From Anthoceros angustus (Eukaryota; Plantae; Anthocerotophyta): 64,000 nt of DNA. Position 1 is the first letter of the stretch; every line of letters begins with the position of its first letter. The stretch covers positions 310,001-374,000 of the forward strand of contig MU008186.1 in the NCBI GenBank assembly GCA_010909165.1, read 5' to 3'. Both the position numbers and the translations under genes were made by a program. Shown one piece after another: positions 11,668 through 22,755 of the stretch. Under the pieces are notes generated by a model. The model was given only the letters and a program-made list of their open reading frames with translations, did not search any database and was not told where the DNA came from.

Positions 11668-14600
11668 ATGTGTTGTATCATCTGCACTACGAGCCCAGCT
11701 GACGCGGTGGAGCTGGAGTGCGGGTCCAGGCTTGGCTCCACGGGTTCACCGTACGCTTCTGCGACTCATGGCTTCCTGCCGCCCTGCACTTCATTCCCAC
11801 CAAGGGCAGCACGGCCTCTTGTGGCAGCAGCTTTTCTGGACCCGACAACTGCATATCGCTGGAACGAGATATGTCCTAGGAGGAGCTTTTGCGTGGATGG
11901 GAGGTTGAGTGCCTCGGAAAGGCCGATGGGTCGTGGTGCCTTATCCAGCTGGAACTTGTTGGATGATCGTGACCCTTGCAGGCCTGCAGGATACGAAAGA
12001 CGAATGACGACTGAATTGGTGAGCAAACTATGTCAGCAGGGCCAGCTCACTGAAGCTGTCGAGGCTCTGGGAGTCCTGGTGCAGAAAGATTGCCCTGTTT
12101 CTCGGTCTTTGTTTTATAATGTCGTGAAGAAATGTGTTGTTCAGAAGGACCTGGTTCTGGGTCGCCGTGTCCATGCCCTCACCGTGAGCAAGGGGTATGA
12201 GTCGGATACGTTCTTGTGCAACCACATCCTGCGAATGTATGCTTCGCATGCCAGGTTGCAAGAAGCGATGGATGTGTTCACCATGGTAGCTAAACCAGAT
12301 GCCTTTATGTGGTCTGCTGTGATTTCTTCGCATGTTAAACTTGGACAAGGTAAGCAGGCCATACAACTGTATCATGGTATGCGCAGTTCCAGTGTGAAGC
12401 CTGATGGTCATGTGTTCGTAGCAGCCCTTCAGGCTTGTGCAAGGGGAGGAGACTTGGAAACTGGGAAGCTGGTGCATGACGATGTTTTGGCCAGTGGAGT
12501 TGAGCCTGATTTGTTTGTTTGTAATGCATTGGTAGACATGTATGCAAAATGTGGCAGCTTGGAAGATGCACAAAGGGTCTTTGACGGACTTGGTGAGAAA
12601 GATGCTGTGACTTGGACAGCTCTAATAGCAGGATATTGCCAGCAGGGCATGGGCCATGAAGCTCTTCGTCTTTGCAGTGGGATGCAAGACGAAGGCATCA
12701 CCGCACCTGATTCTGTGACATTTGTATGCCTCTTGCAGGCATGTGCTAGTGTGGGTATCCCAGCTTTAGAAAAGGGGAAGCAGCTTCATGCCCAGATTCG
12801 GCACCGAGGAGTTCTGGGTGATGTGCTTGTGGCTAACAGTTTGGTAAACATGTATGCGAAATGTGGCAGCTTGGAAGATGCTCAAAGTGTATTTGACGGG
12901 CTTGCTCAGAAAGATGTGGTTACGTGGAATGCCATGATTGCAGGATATGCAAAGTGCGGGAGCTTAGAGGACGCCCAGCGATTGTTTGACAGATTTGGTA
13001 AGAAAAATGTGGTGACTTGGAACACCATGATCGCAGGGTATTCCCAGCAGGGCATGGGCCAGGAGGCCCTTCGCCTTTATGGGGCAATGCAAGACGAAGG
13101 AGTCACTTCACCTGATTCTGTGACATTTGTTTGCCTCCTGCAGGCATGCACAAGCGTGGGCAAGCTCGCCTTGGACGATGGATTGCAGCTTCATGTGCAA
13201 ATTAGACAGCGAGGACTTCAAGCTGATGTGTCTATAGCTAATAGCCTGGTAAACATGTATGCAAAGTGTAGCAACTTGAAAGAGGCACAAGCAGTGTTTG
13301 ATGAACTGCCCCAAAAGGATGTGGTGACCTGGACCACTCTGATAGCAGGATATACCCAGCAGGGCATGGGTGATGAAGCCCTTCTTCTATACAATGCCAT
13401 GCAACACCAAGGCATTGGTGCACCTGATGCTGTGACATTCGTGTGCCTTCTGCAAGCTTGTGCAATTGTAGGCATCCCAGCATTGAAGAATGGGAGGCAG
13501 CTTCATGGACAGATCAGAGAACGAGGGCTTCAGGGTGATGTCTTTGTAGCCAACAGCTTGGTGAACATGTATGCAAAATGTGGCAGCTTAGCGGGTGCTC
13601 AGGTTGTGTTTGATGGACTTGGTCACAAGAATGTGGTGACATGGAATTCCATGATAGCAGGGTATTCCCAACATGGCATGGGACGGGAAGCGCTCTGTCT
13701 CTACGGGGCCATGCAAGAAGAAGGCACTGTTGTACCCAATTCTGTGACATTTGTGTGCCTCCTGCAGGCATGTGCAACCATCGGCACCCTTGCTCTGGAG
13801 AAGGGGAAGCAGCTTCATGCTCACGTTAGAGAGCAAGGACTTGAAGCAGATTTGTTTGTAGCCACGAGCTTGGTTAACATGTATGCAAAGTGTGGCAGCC
13901 TAGAGAATGCACAGCTCGTATTTGATGGACTTGATGAAAAAGCCACGGTATTGTGGAGCACCTTGATAACAGGATATTCCCAGCAGGGCATGGGCCAGCA
14001 GGCCCTGCACCTTTACAGGGCTATGCAGAAAGAAGGCGTTGCTGCCACTGACCGTGTGACATTCATATGCCTCCTACAGGCATGTGCAAATGTGGCTGCT
14101 TTGGACCTGGGAAGGCAGCTTCATGCACAGATTGAAGAACAAGGGCTTCAAGCTGATGTTCTTGTAGCTGTCAGTTTGATGAACATGTATGCAAAGTCTG
14201 GGAGCACAACTGATGCACAACACGTGTTCAATGCACTGCCAGTAAGAGACGAAGTTGCCTGGAATTCACTGATTTCAGGCTACACCCGTCAAGGAGACAG
14301 TGCAGTGGTGTTCCACTTGTTTCACAAGATGATTAAGGATGGTGTACGGCCATCGGGCATCACATTCCTGTGTATACTAACAGTATGCAGTCATGCAGGC
14401 CTAGTGAACGAGGGACATGAGTACTTCTCAGATATGAGCAGACACTACGGCATCACGCCAACAGGAGAGCACTACACATGCATGGTGGATCTCTTGGGTC
14501 GTGCAGGCCAATTGGACGAGGCACTAGCTGTGATAAGCACAATGCCTGTGCCGCCTAATGCTCCAGTTTGGCACACTCTTCTAGGTGCTTGTCGAAAGTG

Positions 14601-14886
14601 GAGCAACGTTCAGGTCGGACTCCGTGCTTTTCATGAAGCACTGAAGCTGGACAAAACAGACGCCGCAGCATATGTGTTGATGTCAAGCATATACACTGGC
14701 GCCCAGATGTGGGAGCAGGCTCATGACTTGCAGGCAAAAAGGATATTCATCGGGGCATCCAAGCAACCAGGCCAGACCTGGTGGACAGACATGGACGGAC
14801 TAGTCCATAGTTTTTGGGTCGGGGATAGAGGGCTCCTGAGTCCTGATAGGAAAGGTGCATACCACAAACCTTTTTCCCACACCTGA
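11668..14886 (+). CDS. PLS-class PPR RNA-editing factor, about 25 P/L/LL/S/SS motifs plus E1/E2 and a truncated WW-type PG box (no deaminase active site)
   Basis: Intronless 1072-aa ORF with canonical P-L-S triplets and extended L motifs (ACASVGIPALEKG), P2-L2-S2 (CSHAGLV, HYTCMVDLLGRAG) and E domains. It ends KQPGQTWWTDMDGLVHSFWVGD; no HSE/CxxC motif follows. Confidence 0.95.
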   Translation: MCCIICTTSPADAVELECGSRLGSTGSPYASATHGFLPPCTSFPPRAARPLVAAAFLDPTTAYRWNEICPRRSFCVDGRLSASERPMGRGALSSWNLLDDRDPCRPAGYERRMTTELVSKLCQQGQLTEAVEALGVLVQKDCPVSRSLFYNVVKKCVVQKDLVLGRRVHALTVSKGYESDTFLCNHILRMYASHARLQEAMDVFTMVAKPDAFMWSAVISSHVKLGQGKQAIQLYHGMRSSSVKPDGHVFVAALQACARGGDLETGKLVHDDVLASGVEPDLFVCNALVDMYAKCGSLEDAQRVFDGLGEKDAVTWTALIAGYCQQGMGHEALRLCSGMQDEGITAPDSVTFVCLLQACASVGIPALEKGKQLHAQIRHRGVLGDVLVANSLVNMYAKCGSLEDAQSVFDGLAQKDVVTWNAMIAGYAKCGSLEDAQRLFDRFGKKNVVTWNTMIAGYSQQGMGQEALRLYGAMQDEGVTSPDSVTFVCLLQACTSVGKLALDDGLQLHVQIRQRGLQADVSIANSLVNMYAKCSNLKEAQAVFDELPQKDVVTWTTLIAGYTQQGMGDEALLLYNAMQHQGIGAPDAVTFVCLLQACAIVGIPALKNGRQLHGQIRERGLQGDVFVANSLVNMYAKCGSLAGAQVVFDGLGHKNVVTWNSMIAGYSQHGMGREALCLYGAMQEEGTVVPNSVTFVCLLQACATIGTLALEKGKQLHAHVREQGLEADLFVATSLVNMYAKCGSLENAQLVFDGLDEKATVLWSTLITGYSQQGMGQQALHLYRAMQKEGVAATDRVTFICLLQACANVAALDLGRQLHAQIEEQGLQADVLVAVSLMNMYAKSGSTTDAQHVFNALPVRDEVAWNSLISGYTRQGDSAVVFHLFHKMIKDGVRPSGITFLCILTVCSHAGLVNEGHEYFSDMSRHYGITPTGEHYTCMVDLLGRAGQLDEALAVISTMPVPPNAPVWHTLLGACRKWSNVQVGLRAFHEALKLDKTDAAAYVLMSSIYTGAQMWEQAHDLQAKRIFIGASKQPGQTWWTDMDGLVHSFWVGDRGLLSPDRKGAYHKPFSHT

Positions 14887-15420
14887 AAGCACCTAATATG
14901 AAACGTCTAAAATAGGAACTATCTTGGAACATGTACAGTCGCCAAGAGCTACCCGAAGTGGAGGCTCATGGATACACAACCGATACACAACTTCATCCGA
15001 CAGGACAAAAAAGCCTTATCAGATCATGGAAATTGGAGAGTGTTCTACTAGGTTGGCGATAAAGAAATTTAGATCCAAGCAACACTACATAGCTACCAAT
15101 GACAGTAGATGGCATGGCAACCTTGAATTCTATCTCATAATTCGAGGGTGAGATCACTTTGATAATGTTCTACTCGCGATAGAGTCTGCCTCATCTCAAT
15201 TTGACAATATTCTATTCTTGACAGAGTCCGACTTTGTCAAGCATACTGTGGTAGTGAATCTGATCAAACTAAACTTGACAATGCATTACAACAAACGGTA
15301 TTATTGTTTGCTATCACATTCGATACACAATGCAAAGAAAAGATGGTGTAATTGTTTGCTATTGAGGTTTGATACACAATGTGACATAGAATGCAAAGCT
15401 TGCCTGGTGCACGTCCAAGC

Positions 15421-15576
15421 ATCTATAATGTTTGATCCATGACTCATGTTAACATTACTTTAGTTTCTTTGTATCTATAATGTTTGATCCATGACTCATG
15501 TTAACATTACTTTAGTTTCTTTGTATCTATAATGTTTGATCCATGACTCATGTTAACATTACTTTAGTTTCTTTGT
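15421..15576. repeat. 52-bp tandem repeat x3
   Basis: atctataatgtttgatccatgactcatgttaacattactttagtttctttgt repeated three times. Confidence 0.9.
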
Positions 15577-15779
15577 TCGATCAACTGTTGCAGTAGACTG
15601 TTGAGGGTTTACATTATTATTATTATTTTAGGAGATTTTGGTCTCACACATAATAATTTAAGAATTTACATGAGGGAACTCCGCGCACCCATTAAATTGC
15701 ATATCAACATTCAATACCTGCCTATGTAAGATAAGCTTAGCTTTTAATTTCTCCTTGAATATTTGTTGAAGGAAATGAA

Positions 15780-15980
15780 TATTTATATAATAGTTATAAA
15801 AATAATCAAACTCTCAGAACTATTTATCTCTTCGCCTATAAAAAGGAGATAGTAAACTTCTACTTCCAAACTTGTCTTCACGACATTCCTTTCTAGGTCT
15901 TTGGAACGGCTTGCACGGGGCGGAATGTGACTTGGCGTGGTATCATAGTTTGTGTTGTTGCGGATTTGACAACTTGGTAC
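15780..15980 (+). promoter_or_regulatory. Putative TATA promoter and non-coding first exon of orphan gene A; paralogous to 19140-19345
   Basis: ctataaaaagg at ~15836 and ctataaaaaag at ~19195 lie within an alignable block that ends in the conserved donor-like ttg|gtacgt. Confidence 0.5.
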
Positions 15981-16885
15981 GTACATGCACCTTGAAGTTG
16001 CATGCCTATTCCAGCAACTAGTTGAAGTTGCTACCATGAGCCATCTTCTTGACTCGAGCTGTAGTTACTTGTGCAACTATTGTCACCATGTCCCACCTTC
16101 CTCTTTAGATCTTTGTGTAGTTACTTGTGCGCCTCGATGAGACTAATGCCTGTGACTTGTCACTTCTGTCACAAAGTTACTTGTGCGCCTTGGCGAGAAT
16201 GATACCCTTGACTAGTCGCTAATGTAGCTTGATTTGTGATGTTGAGTTCCTTGGTGAGAATGATACCCTTGACTTAACGCTTATGCAGCTTGATTTGTGA
16301 TGTTGAGTTCCTTGGCAAGAGTGATACCCTTGACTTGTCGCTTATGTGGCTTGATTTGTGATGCTGAGTTCTTCATTCGTAGTAACACGTAAAGGTGGTG
16401 ATAGGTACCAAACAACAATGTTGTTTTGTTTTACGCATGTCTTTAACATGACCTACCGGGGTTTCGCTTTTGAACTTGTATCATCATATGTTTCTTTGCT
16501 TTCTAAGCTTCGAATTTCAAGTAATGAGTATATGTTTGACTTATAATTGCTCAAATAAAATAATTCTAACTTGGGTTTGGAATTTAACTGTGAATTCCTG
16601 ACGAACAATTAGGGGTGCGTAACTTTGGGTGGGCCTACAGCTGTGGATTTTGTTTTAAGCATGTCTTCGAGCATGACCGTTTGTCTATGTTGCGAGGGAG
16701 TTTCATTTTTGAACTTATATGATCATGACCTTTTTGCCAACTGTGTTAATTTACTGTTGTAATGTGTTGGACTCCTAGATGCTTCAATAAACTAACCCTA
16801 ATTTAGCATCTCTCAGAGTTCATAGCCCCTTGTGTTTCAGACTTTCAATGAATGTGAAGGTTAACCCTTTCAACTACCTGTACAG

Positions 16886-17188
16886 ATGGGGGGTGGAGCA
16901 AAGAAGGTCGAAGCTCCTTCCCGTGCCATGGAGCATCATGAGGATTCTAGTTCCTTGATTCCTGAACGGAATGCACCTCCTGTATTTCTAGTAAGGAATA
17001 AAAGAAAGGTTTTCCATGTGGAGGTTGATGAAGGTGCTGCCATGCTCCGAGCCTTGGAGGGAGTGCATGTTGTGAATGGTTTAGTGGGCACAATTGAAGA
17101 GCGGTATCGCCTGGGTACCGAAGATTTGTTCTACCGCCCTAAGAAGAAAGGACGCACGGCAGGTGGTCCTACTAATAGTGCGAAGTGA
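16886..17188 (+). CDS. Orphan small protein A (100 aa) with RNKRK and RPKKKGR basic motifs
   Basis: The ATG directly follows an acceptor-like ctgtacag. The ORF aligns in frame with paralog B at 20520. Confidence 0.6.
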   Translation: MGGGAKKVEAPSRAMEHHEDSSSLIPERNAPPVFLVRNKRKVFHVEVDEGAAMLRALEGVHVVNGLVGTIEERYRLGTEDLFYRPKKKGRTAGGPTNSAK

Positions 17189-17629
17189 GCATTTTGATAA
17201 GGCAGATTGAGGCTTTCGGAGTGGTTTTAGAAGGATATATACGTATGAAATATTCTTTAAAACAGTTTCTGGTTACCTTCATTTTGCAAGTATGTAGTTG
17301 TAACATTGGACCTCCTGGTGGTGGAGGGAGCTCATACTCCAGCCAGCATCTCTCAGTTAACGTTCTACCCTGTATTAAAGGACTCAGACAAGGCTGGGCC
17401 ACCATTTAGACTAGCAGCAGCAAAGCCCTCACGAGCAGCTTCAGCCGAAGGTGCGGAGTTCACCTGCACAAATGTTGCAACTGCCCCAGTACACGGCTTG
17501 TTTTGTGTTGAGCTTGATGTAGTTTCTGCAAGCCCTTCGAATCACAAAAGAAAACATGTCCACCAAGGTACCAGGAAAGAAGGGGGTGAGGAAGAATTGC
17601 ACGTGGCTTCTGATCACCAAATGCAGCGG

Positions 17630-18570
17630 TGATCTTGATTGCTATATCCACTTTACCCTTCCTGATGGTCTGTTTCTCTGGTTAGACTGCCCACAAACGT
17701 GATATGACAACGAGAGGAAGCCCAATTAGGTCCATTCCTCCACCGACCTTTCTCTAGTCTTCTTCCATGATGGCAAATACTCGCTCGATTCCCAAACTTA
17801 TCCCTACAGCAGGTACATCTTTGGGGCTGAACATGCCTACCAGTTTGTCACACCTTCCTCCAGCCGCTGTTGAGCCAACCTGCAGAGGTCCAACAAGGAG
17901 TTGAGTCAAGAAGGTGAAGAGCTTCTGAAGTGGAACATGCATAAACGCAGCAGTTACGGCATGGCCAAGGCATGCCTCTGTAGTAGTCCAGGCCTCGAAC
18001 GAGGCTCAGGACAAACAGAAATCAGGGTAGACATTTCTCAGCAGACAAGTACTTGAAGAGCAAACCCAGCTCGTCCAGTGCAGATTTCGCCCCATCATGC
18101 TGCAGAAAGATGCTGCCTTCTTGACGCAACTCCGCCAACAGGTTCTGTGGCTGACCATATACTTGCACCAACAGACCAGGCCCTTCTCCTCTACCTCTAG
18201 CAGTTGGTTTAGGGTTTTCGGGGCTCACTGTTGTTACAATAGGTACTAGTTCTCTCAGACAGCCATTTGCTTCGAACCAAAATCCCTTGCGCCCTGCACG
18301 GGCACATCCATTTTCTTCTCCTTCATCTCGCCAATCACCTATGCTCCTCCATGACCAAAATCTCCAAAATATCTCGCAAGACAGCGCGGCTACGGCATCC
18401 GCCAGAACCGGCAAATGGGAAACGCAACGCCATGCACCAGCCAGGCAGCTCTGCCCATCGCTACAGCTTCCGATCGCTCAATGTCTTCCAATTCCTCTTT
18501 GGTGATTCCCTCCAGAGATGGCGCGCCAAGAGATGGCCATCTTCAACTCCGGGGTCCACTACTTGACCAA
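17630..18570 (-). pseudogene. Degenerate HisRS copy 1 (pieces of exons 1, 2, 4, 5, 6 with introns; internal deletions)
   Basis: [11 protein letters not shown].., [96 protein letters not shown]. Intron sequence matches 3760-4060. Confidence 0.92.
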
Positions 18571-18761
18571 CCGACAAACATTCAGCTGACAATCAAATTC
18601 GTGGACAATTTTCATTTCACTTTATTTATCTTCAGGACATATGCTAAGACTCTACAAGGTAAGGCGTTACAAAACAAGAAGCACTTTATATAGATATGTC
18701 AAAGTATATATCTAAGCTCCCGTGCTTATGGGCTTCTTTCTATCGATTTTTCCTTATTAAA

Positions 18762-18980
18762 CAAAACGATTCTTATCTAAGCTCCGCACTGGGATTTTGA
18801 TCTTGCACTTATTTGCTACCTACTTAGATTTGATATAGGTACATATAGTGCAAAACCTGGCTCGTTTTGCTTTACGAACAAAAAGATTCTTATATAAGCT
18901 CCGCACTGGGATTTTGATCTTGCACTTGTTTGCTACCTACTCAGATTTGATATAGGTACATACAATGCAAAGCCTGGCTC
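18762..18980. repeat. About 118-bp tandem duplication
   Basis: gattcttat.taagctccgcactgggattttgatcttgcac...gcaaa.cctggctc occurs twice. Confidence 0.85.
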
Positions 18981-20519
18981 ATGCACATCCGGGCATCGAG
19001 AATGTTTGGTCCATTGATATCATATGACGTTCAATTTTTATCAAATAAATTATTGCAGCAAAGGTTTTGGGTTTTCATACCTCTTAATGTAAGATAGAGC
19101 TTAGTTATTATTTGATTAATAAGATAAAAATATATATCTAGTGTATAAAATAGTGATAAAAAGGATGAACTCTTGAAAACATTCATCTTTTCATCTATAA
19201 AAAAGTGATACTGAACTTTTACTTCCAAACTTGTCTCCTGACATTCCTTTCTAGGGATTTGGAGCGGCCTGCGCCGCGGTGTCATAACTTGTGACCTAGC
19301 GGGCGGTGTCATAGCTTGTGTGGGGACTCCAGAATTTGGTACGTGCTCAATCCATTGGGCGTACGTAGGTGTGTATAGCTTGAGGTCGCATGCCTGCTCT
19401 GTCGACGACTAGGCGAAGATGCTACCATGACCTAGCTTCTTCACTACATCTATAGCTTGAGGTCGCATGCCTGCTGTGCCGACGACTAGGCGAAGATGCT
19501 ACCATGACCTAGCTTCTTCACTACATCTTTGTGTAGTTTCTTGTGCGCCTTGGCGAGGCTGATACTCTTCACTTGTTACTATGCCTTGGTGAGACGGCCT
19601 CAGTGAGACTTGGTACCCTTCACTTACTACTGTGCTGTGCCTTGGTGAGACCGCCTTGGTGAGACTATACCCTTTACTTGTTACCGCACCTTGGTGAGCC
19701 CACCTTGGTGAGACTAGAACCTATGACTTGTTACGTAACAGTCTTGTGCTAAGTTGATTTGTGATGTTGGGTTCCTGATTAACAATAACGTGATTGATAG
19801 CTTTCAGTCGGGGACCTATTGGCTACTAGATTTTGTTTTAAGCATGTATGAGTATCAATTTGTTGTGTTATGGCATTTCGCTTTTAAATTAATAGCATCA
19901 TGACCTTCTGCTAGATGATCGTTTGTCTTTCTAACCTCAATTTTAGTAATGAGCTTGTGTTTGACGTCTAGTTGCTTAAACAAACTAATTCAAATTTGGG
20001 TTAGTTTTTTGACCGAGTTGGGGTCCGACTATAGTTGCACGTTTGGTTCAAACATATATTCAAGCATATAACCTTTGTACGTTTGGTTCAAACATATATT
20101 CGAGCATATAACCTTTGTCTTGTTGTCAGGGTTTCATATTTTTGAACTTCTATCATCATGGCCTTCCTACATATGGTTCTTTGACTTTTGTACACTAAGG
20201 GATTTAGTAATTGGGATGTATTTGACTTCTTATGGCTTTCATAAACTGATCCTCAAAAAATATAGTTTAATATTTTTAAGATATATATGAGTAAGTTTGA
20301 TGTATTTCAATTAATATTTTGATTGAATGTATAAATAAATTTACAGGTCTTCATTGCTTTCGAATCCATTCGTGGTGCCTCGGGCCCATCCCGTTCCGGA
20401 AGTAAGCCTATATCTTAAATGCTCTCAGCCTTGGCCTTTTTGTTTGAGACTTTTGGTGTTAATCCTTTAAATTGTATGTTTCAAGGTGAAGCAAAGAATT
20501 GAAAGCTCCTCCTAGTACC

Positions 20520-20885
20520 ATGGATGAGGATTCTAGTTCCATGAGCATATCGTCCTCTGATCTTACAAGTGTATCCTCGGGGAGCTCCTACGGACCAAGC
20601 CTCTCTCATGTTTCAGACGCACCCTCAAGCGTACCCGGGGTACCTCGACGGAATGGATCTCCTGTATTTCTGGCAAGGAACAAGAGAAAGTTTTTCCGGG
20701 TTGGGGATAATGAAGACGATGCTTTCCTCAGAGCTATGGAGGGTGTGCTTGTCGTGAATGGTCTGGACCACATAATTAACACTAGAACTTCGAAGACTAC
20801 GTACGGAGCGTTCGGTGAGGATCTGTTATACCGCCCTAAGAAGAGAGGACGCACGGCAGGTGGTCCCGATGATAGTGCGAACTGA
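20520..20885 (+). CDS. Orphan small protein B (121 aa), paralog of A with a Ser-rich insertion
   Basis: accATGg start. PVFLARNKRKFF..D.AFLRAMEGVLVVNGL...EDLLYRPKKRGRTAGGP aligns with protein A. Confidence 0.6.
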   Translation: MDEDSSSMSISSSDLTSVSSGSSYGPSLSHVSDAPSSVPGVPRRNGSPVFLARNKRKFFRVGDNEDDAFLRAMEGVLVVNGLDHIINTRTSKTTYGAFGEDLLYRPKKRGRTAGGPDDSAN

Positions 20886-21064
20886 GCATCTTTAGTGGGC
20901 GAATGAGACAACCGGAGTGGATTTAGAGGATATACTTTTAAAATATTCTTTGAAATGATTTTGTGGTGACTTGTGTGCTCGAAGACGCAGATCTGGACAT
21001 ACTACCATAGCTTGTCGAGCTCCTTCCTACCTTCCTTCCTTGCGTGGCCTGTGGAATACAGAAC

Positions 21065-21305
21065 ATGAACAGACTTCCGATACATGTTGATCAAACTGCC
21101 ACCTACAGAGGCATTATCCTGAAACCCTTGCTGTACAATCTGTGCATGCAACTGCCCTCCCCAGACACAAAGCTGTCACATTTGCACACGCTTGCAGGAG
21201 ACACCATCACATGTCAAGGTTCGGGTACAACTATGCCTTCTTCCTGCATAGCGGGCTGTGTAGCCCAAGGGCTTCATGCCCCATCCCCTGCTGGGATTGC
21301 AAATC
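21065..21305 (-). pseudogene. PLS-PPR fragment (P-L-S) inserted downstream of orphan B
   Basis: The reverse strand reads SQQGMGHEALG..MQEEGIVVP..CLLQACANVTAL..GRQLHAQIVQQGFQ...GSLINMY with frameshifts. Confidence 0.8.
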
Positions 21306-21839
21306 AGTTAAACTCGCAGGCTGCTTGAGCCCGTGGCTTCAGGCTGCTGGAAGGCAGAGAGGAGGGACAACTGAGTGACGCCGTTCAGGCATTGGACTTC
21401 CTGGTGGAGGAGGGAGGTCATACTCCGGCATCTACCTGTCAAAGTTCTCTTCAAGGGCTCAGACATGGCGCTGGGCCACCATTTAGACTGTAACAGCAGC
21501 AGAGCCCACCCGAGCAGCTTCAGCCGAAGATGCGGAGTTCACCTGCACAGATGTTGTAACTACTCCAGTACATGGCTTCTTCTGTGCTGTGCTTGATAGA
21601 GTTCCTGCGAGCCCTTCGAGTCACTGTCCCCGAGAAAACATGTCCGCCAAGAAGGAGGTGAGGAAAAATAGCACGTGACTTCTGATCACCGAGTGCAGCC
21701 ATTTGTGATGCCCACTCCCACATTGTTCTGCAGTGGCCATTGCTAAAAGAGACACAGACGTCGTTCCAACTTGATGAGCCTGCACAGACAGCCTCCTCTC
21801 CGAGTGGGATCTATGTGCATCCAGGTGTTCGGACCTAAG

Positions 21840-22755
21840 AGATGCGGGGATTTCCCAGCAACGTCGTTACAAGGTGGTTGCACTCCACCTCGTGCTTGCC
21901 CTGCATGTGTTTTGAGCTTCACAATCCCGCGTTGCAGTTCCGCATCACCCACCGACACAACCCACGGGATACCCTCAGTGTCCGCACGCCTGAATTCGCC
22001 GACAACCTTTGCGGGTGCGGTAGCCACGCATTCCGCGGCCATGGAGGCGTCCCACAACTCTGCGGCGATCTTGATTGCTACATCCACCTTGTCCCTCCCG
22101 ATGACATGACGAGCACTTGCTATCTTGGGTCTGTTTTTCACGCACCACCTGCAGCAAGCGACTGTCCTGGTTAGACTGCCCACTAGGTGAAATGACAAGC
22201 GAGAGGAAGCCCATTCCTCCACCAACCTTTGTCTTCTTCCATGATGGCAAATACTCGCTTCATCACTCCGAGCTCATCCCTACAGCAGGTGCATCCTTGG
22301 GGCTGAGCATGCCTACACACTATTGAGCTTACCTGCAGAGGCCCAACAAGGAGTTGAGTCAAGAAGGTGAAGAGCTTCTGATGTGGAACATGCAAAAGCG
22401 TAAACGGTCCGACATGACTGGGGTCCTCAGGAGCTCATCGCGCACCTGAACAGTGCTCTTCAACACCGCCTTAAAATCATGCCTCTGTAGTAGTCCAGGC
22501 CTCGAGGGAGGCTCAGGTGAAACAGAAATCGGTGTAGACATTTTCCAACAGACAGGTACTTGAAGAGCAAGCCTAACCCGTCCAGTGCAGATTTCGCCTC
22601 ATCATGCTGTAGAAAGACTCTGCCTTCTTGCCGCTATTCCGCCAACAGATTCTGTGGCTGACCATGTTTTTGCACCAACAAGCCAAGTTCGTCTGCTGTC
22701 TCTGCAGCCAGACGCTTCTGCTCCACCATTTCTCTCCGGACTTGAGCTTGTCGGT
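21840..22755 (-). pseudogene. Degenerate HisRS copy 2 (exons 4-6 with introns), fused to unrelated sequence at both ends
   Basis: [10 protein letters not shown].., [74 protein letters not shown]; multiple frameshifts. Confidence 0.92.

Noticed and set aside
14887-15420. Possible frameshifted DYW deaminase continuation after the PPR gene
   Set aside because: No HSE(K/R)LA or CxxCH motif was visible downstream.
16190-16370. ~61-bp repeats (and related repeats at 19540-19730) as a CRISPR-like array
   Set aside because: Head-to-tail diverged units without unique spacers in a eukaryotic, intron-like context.
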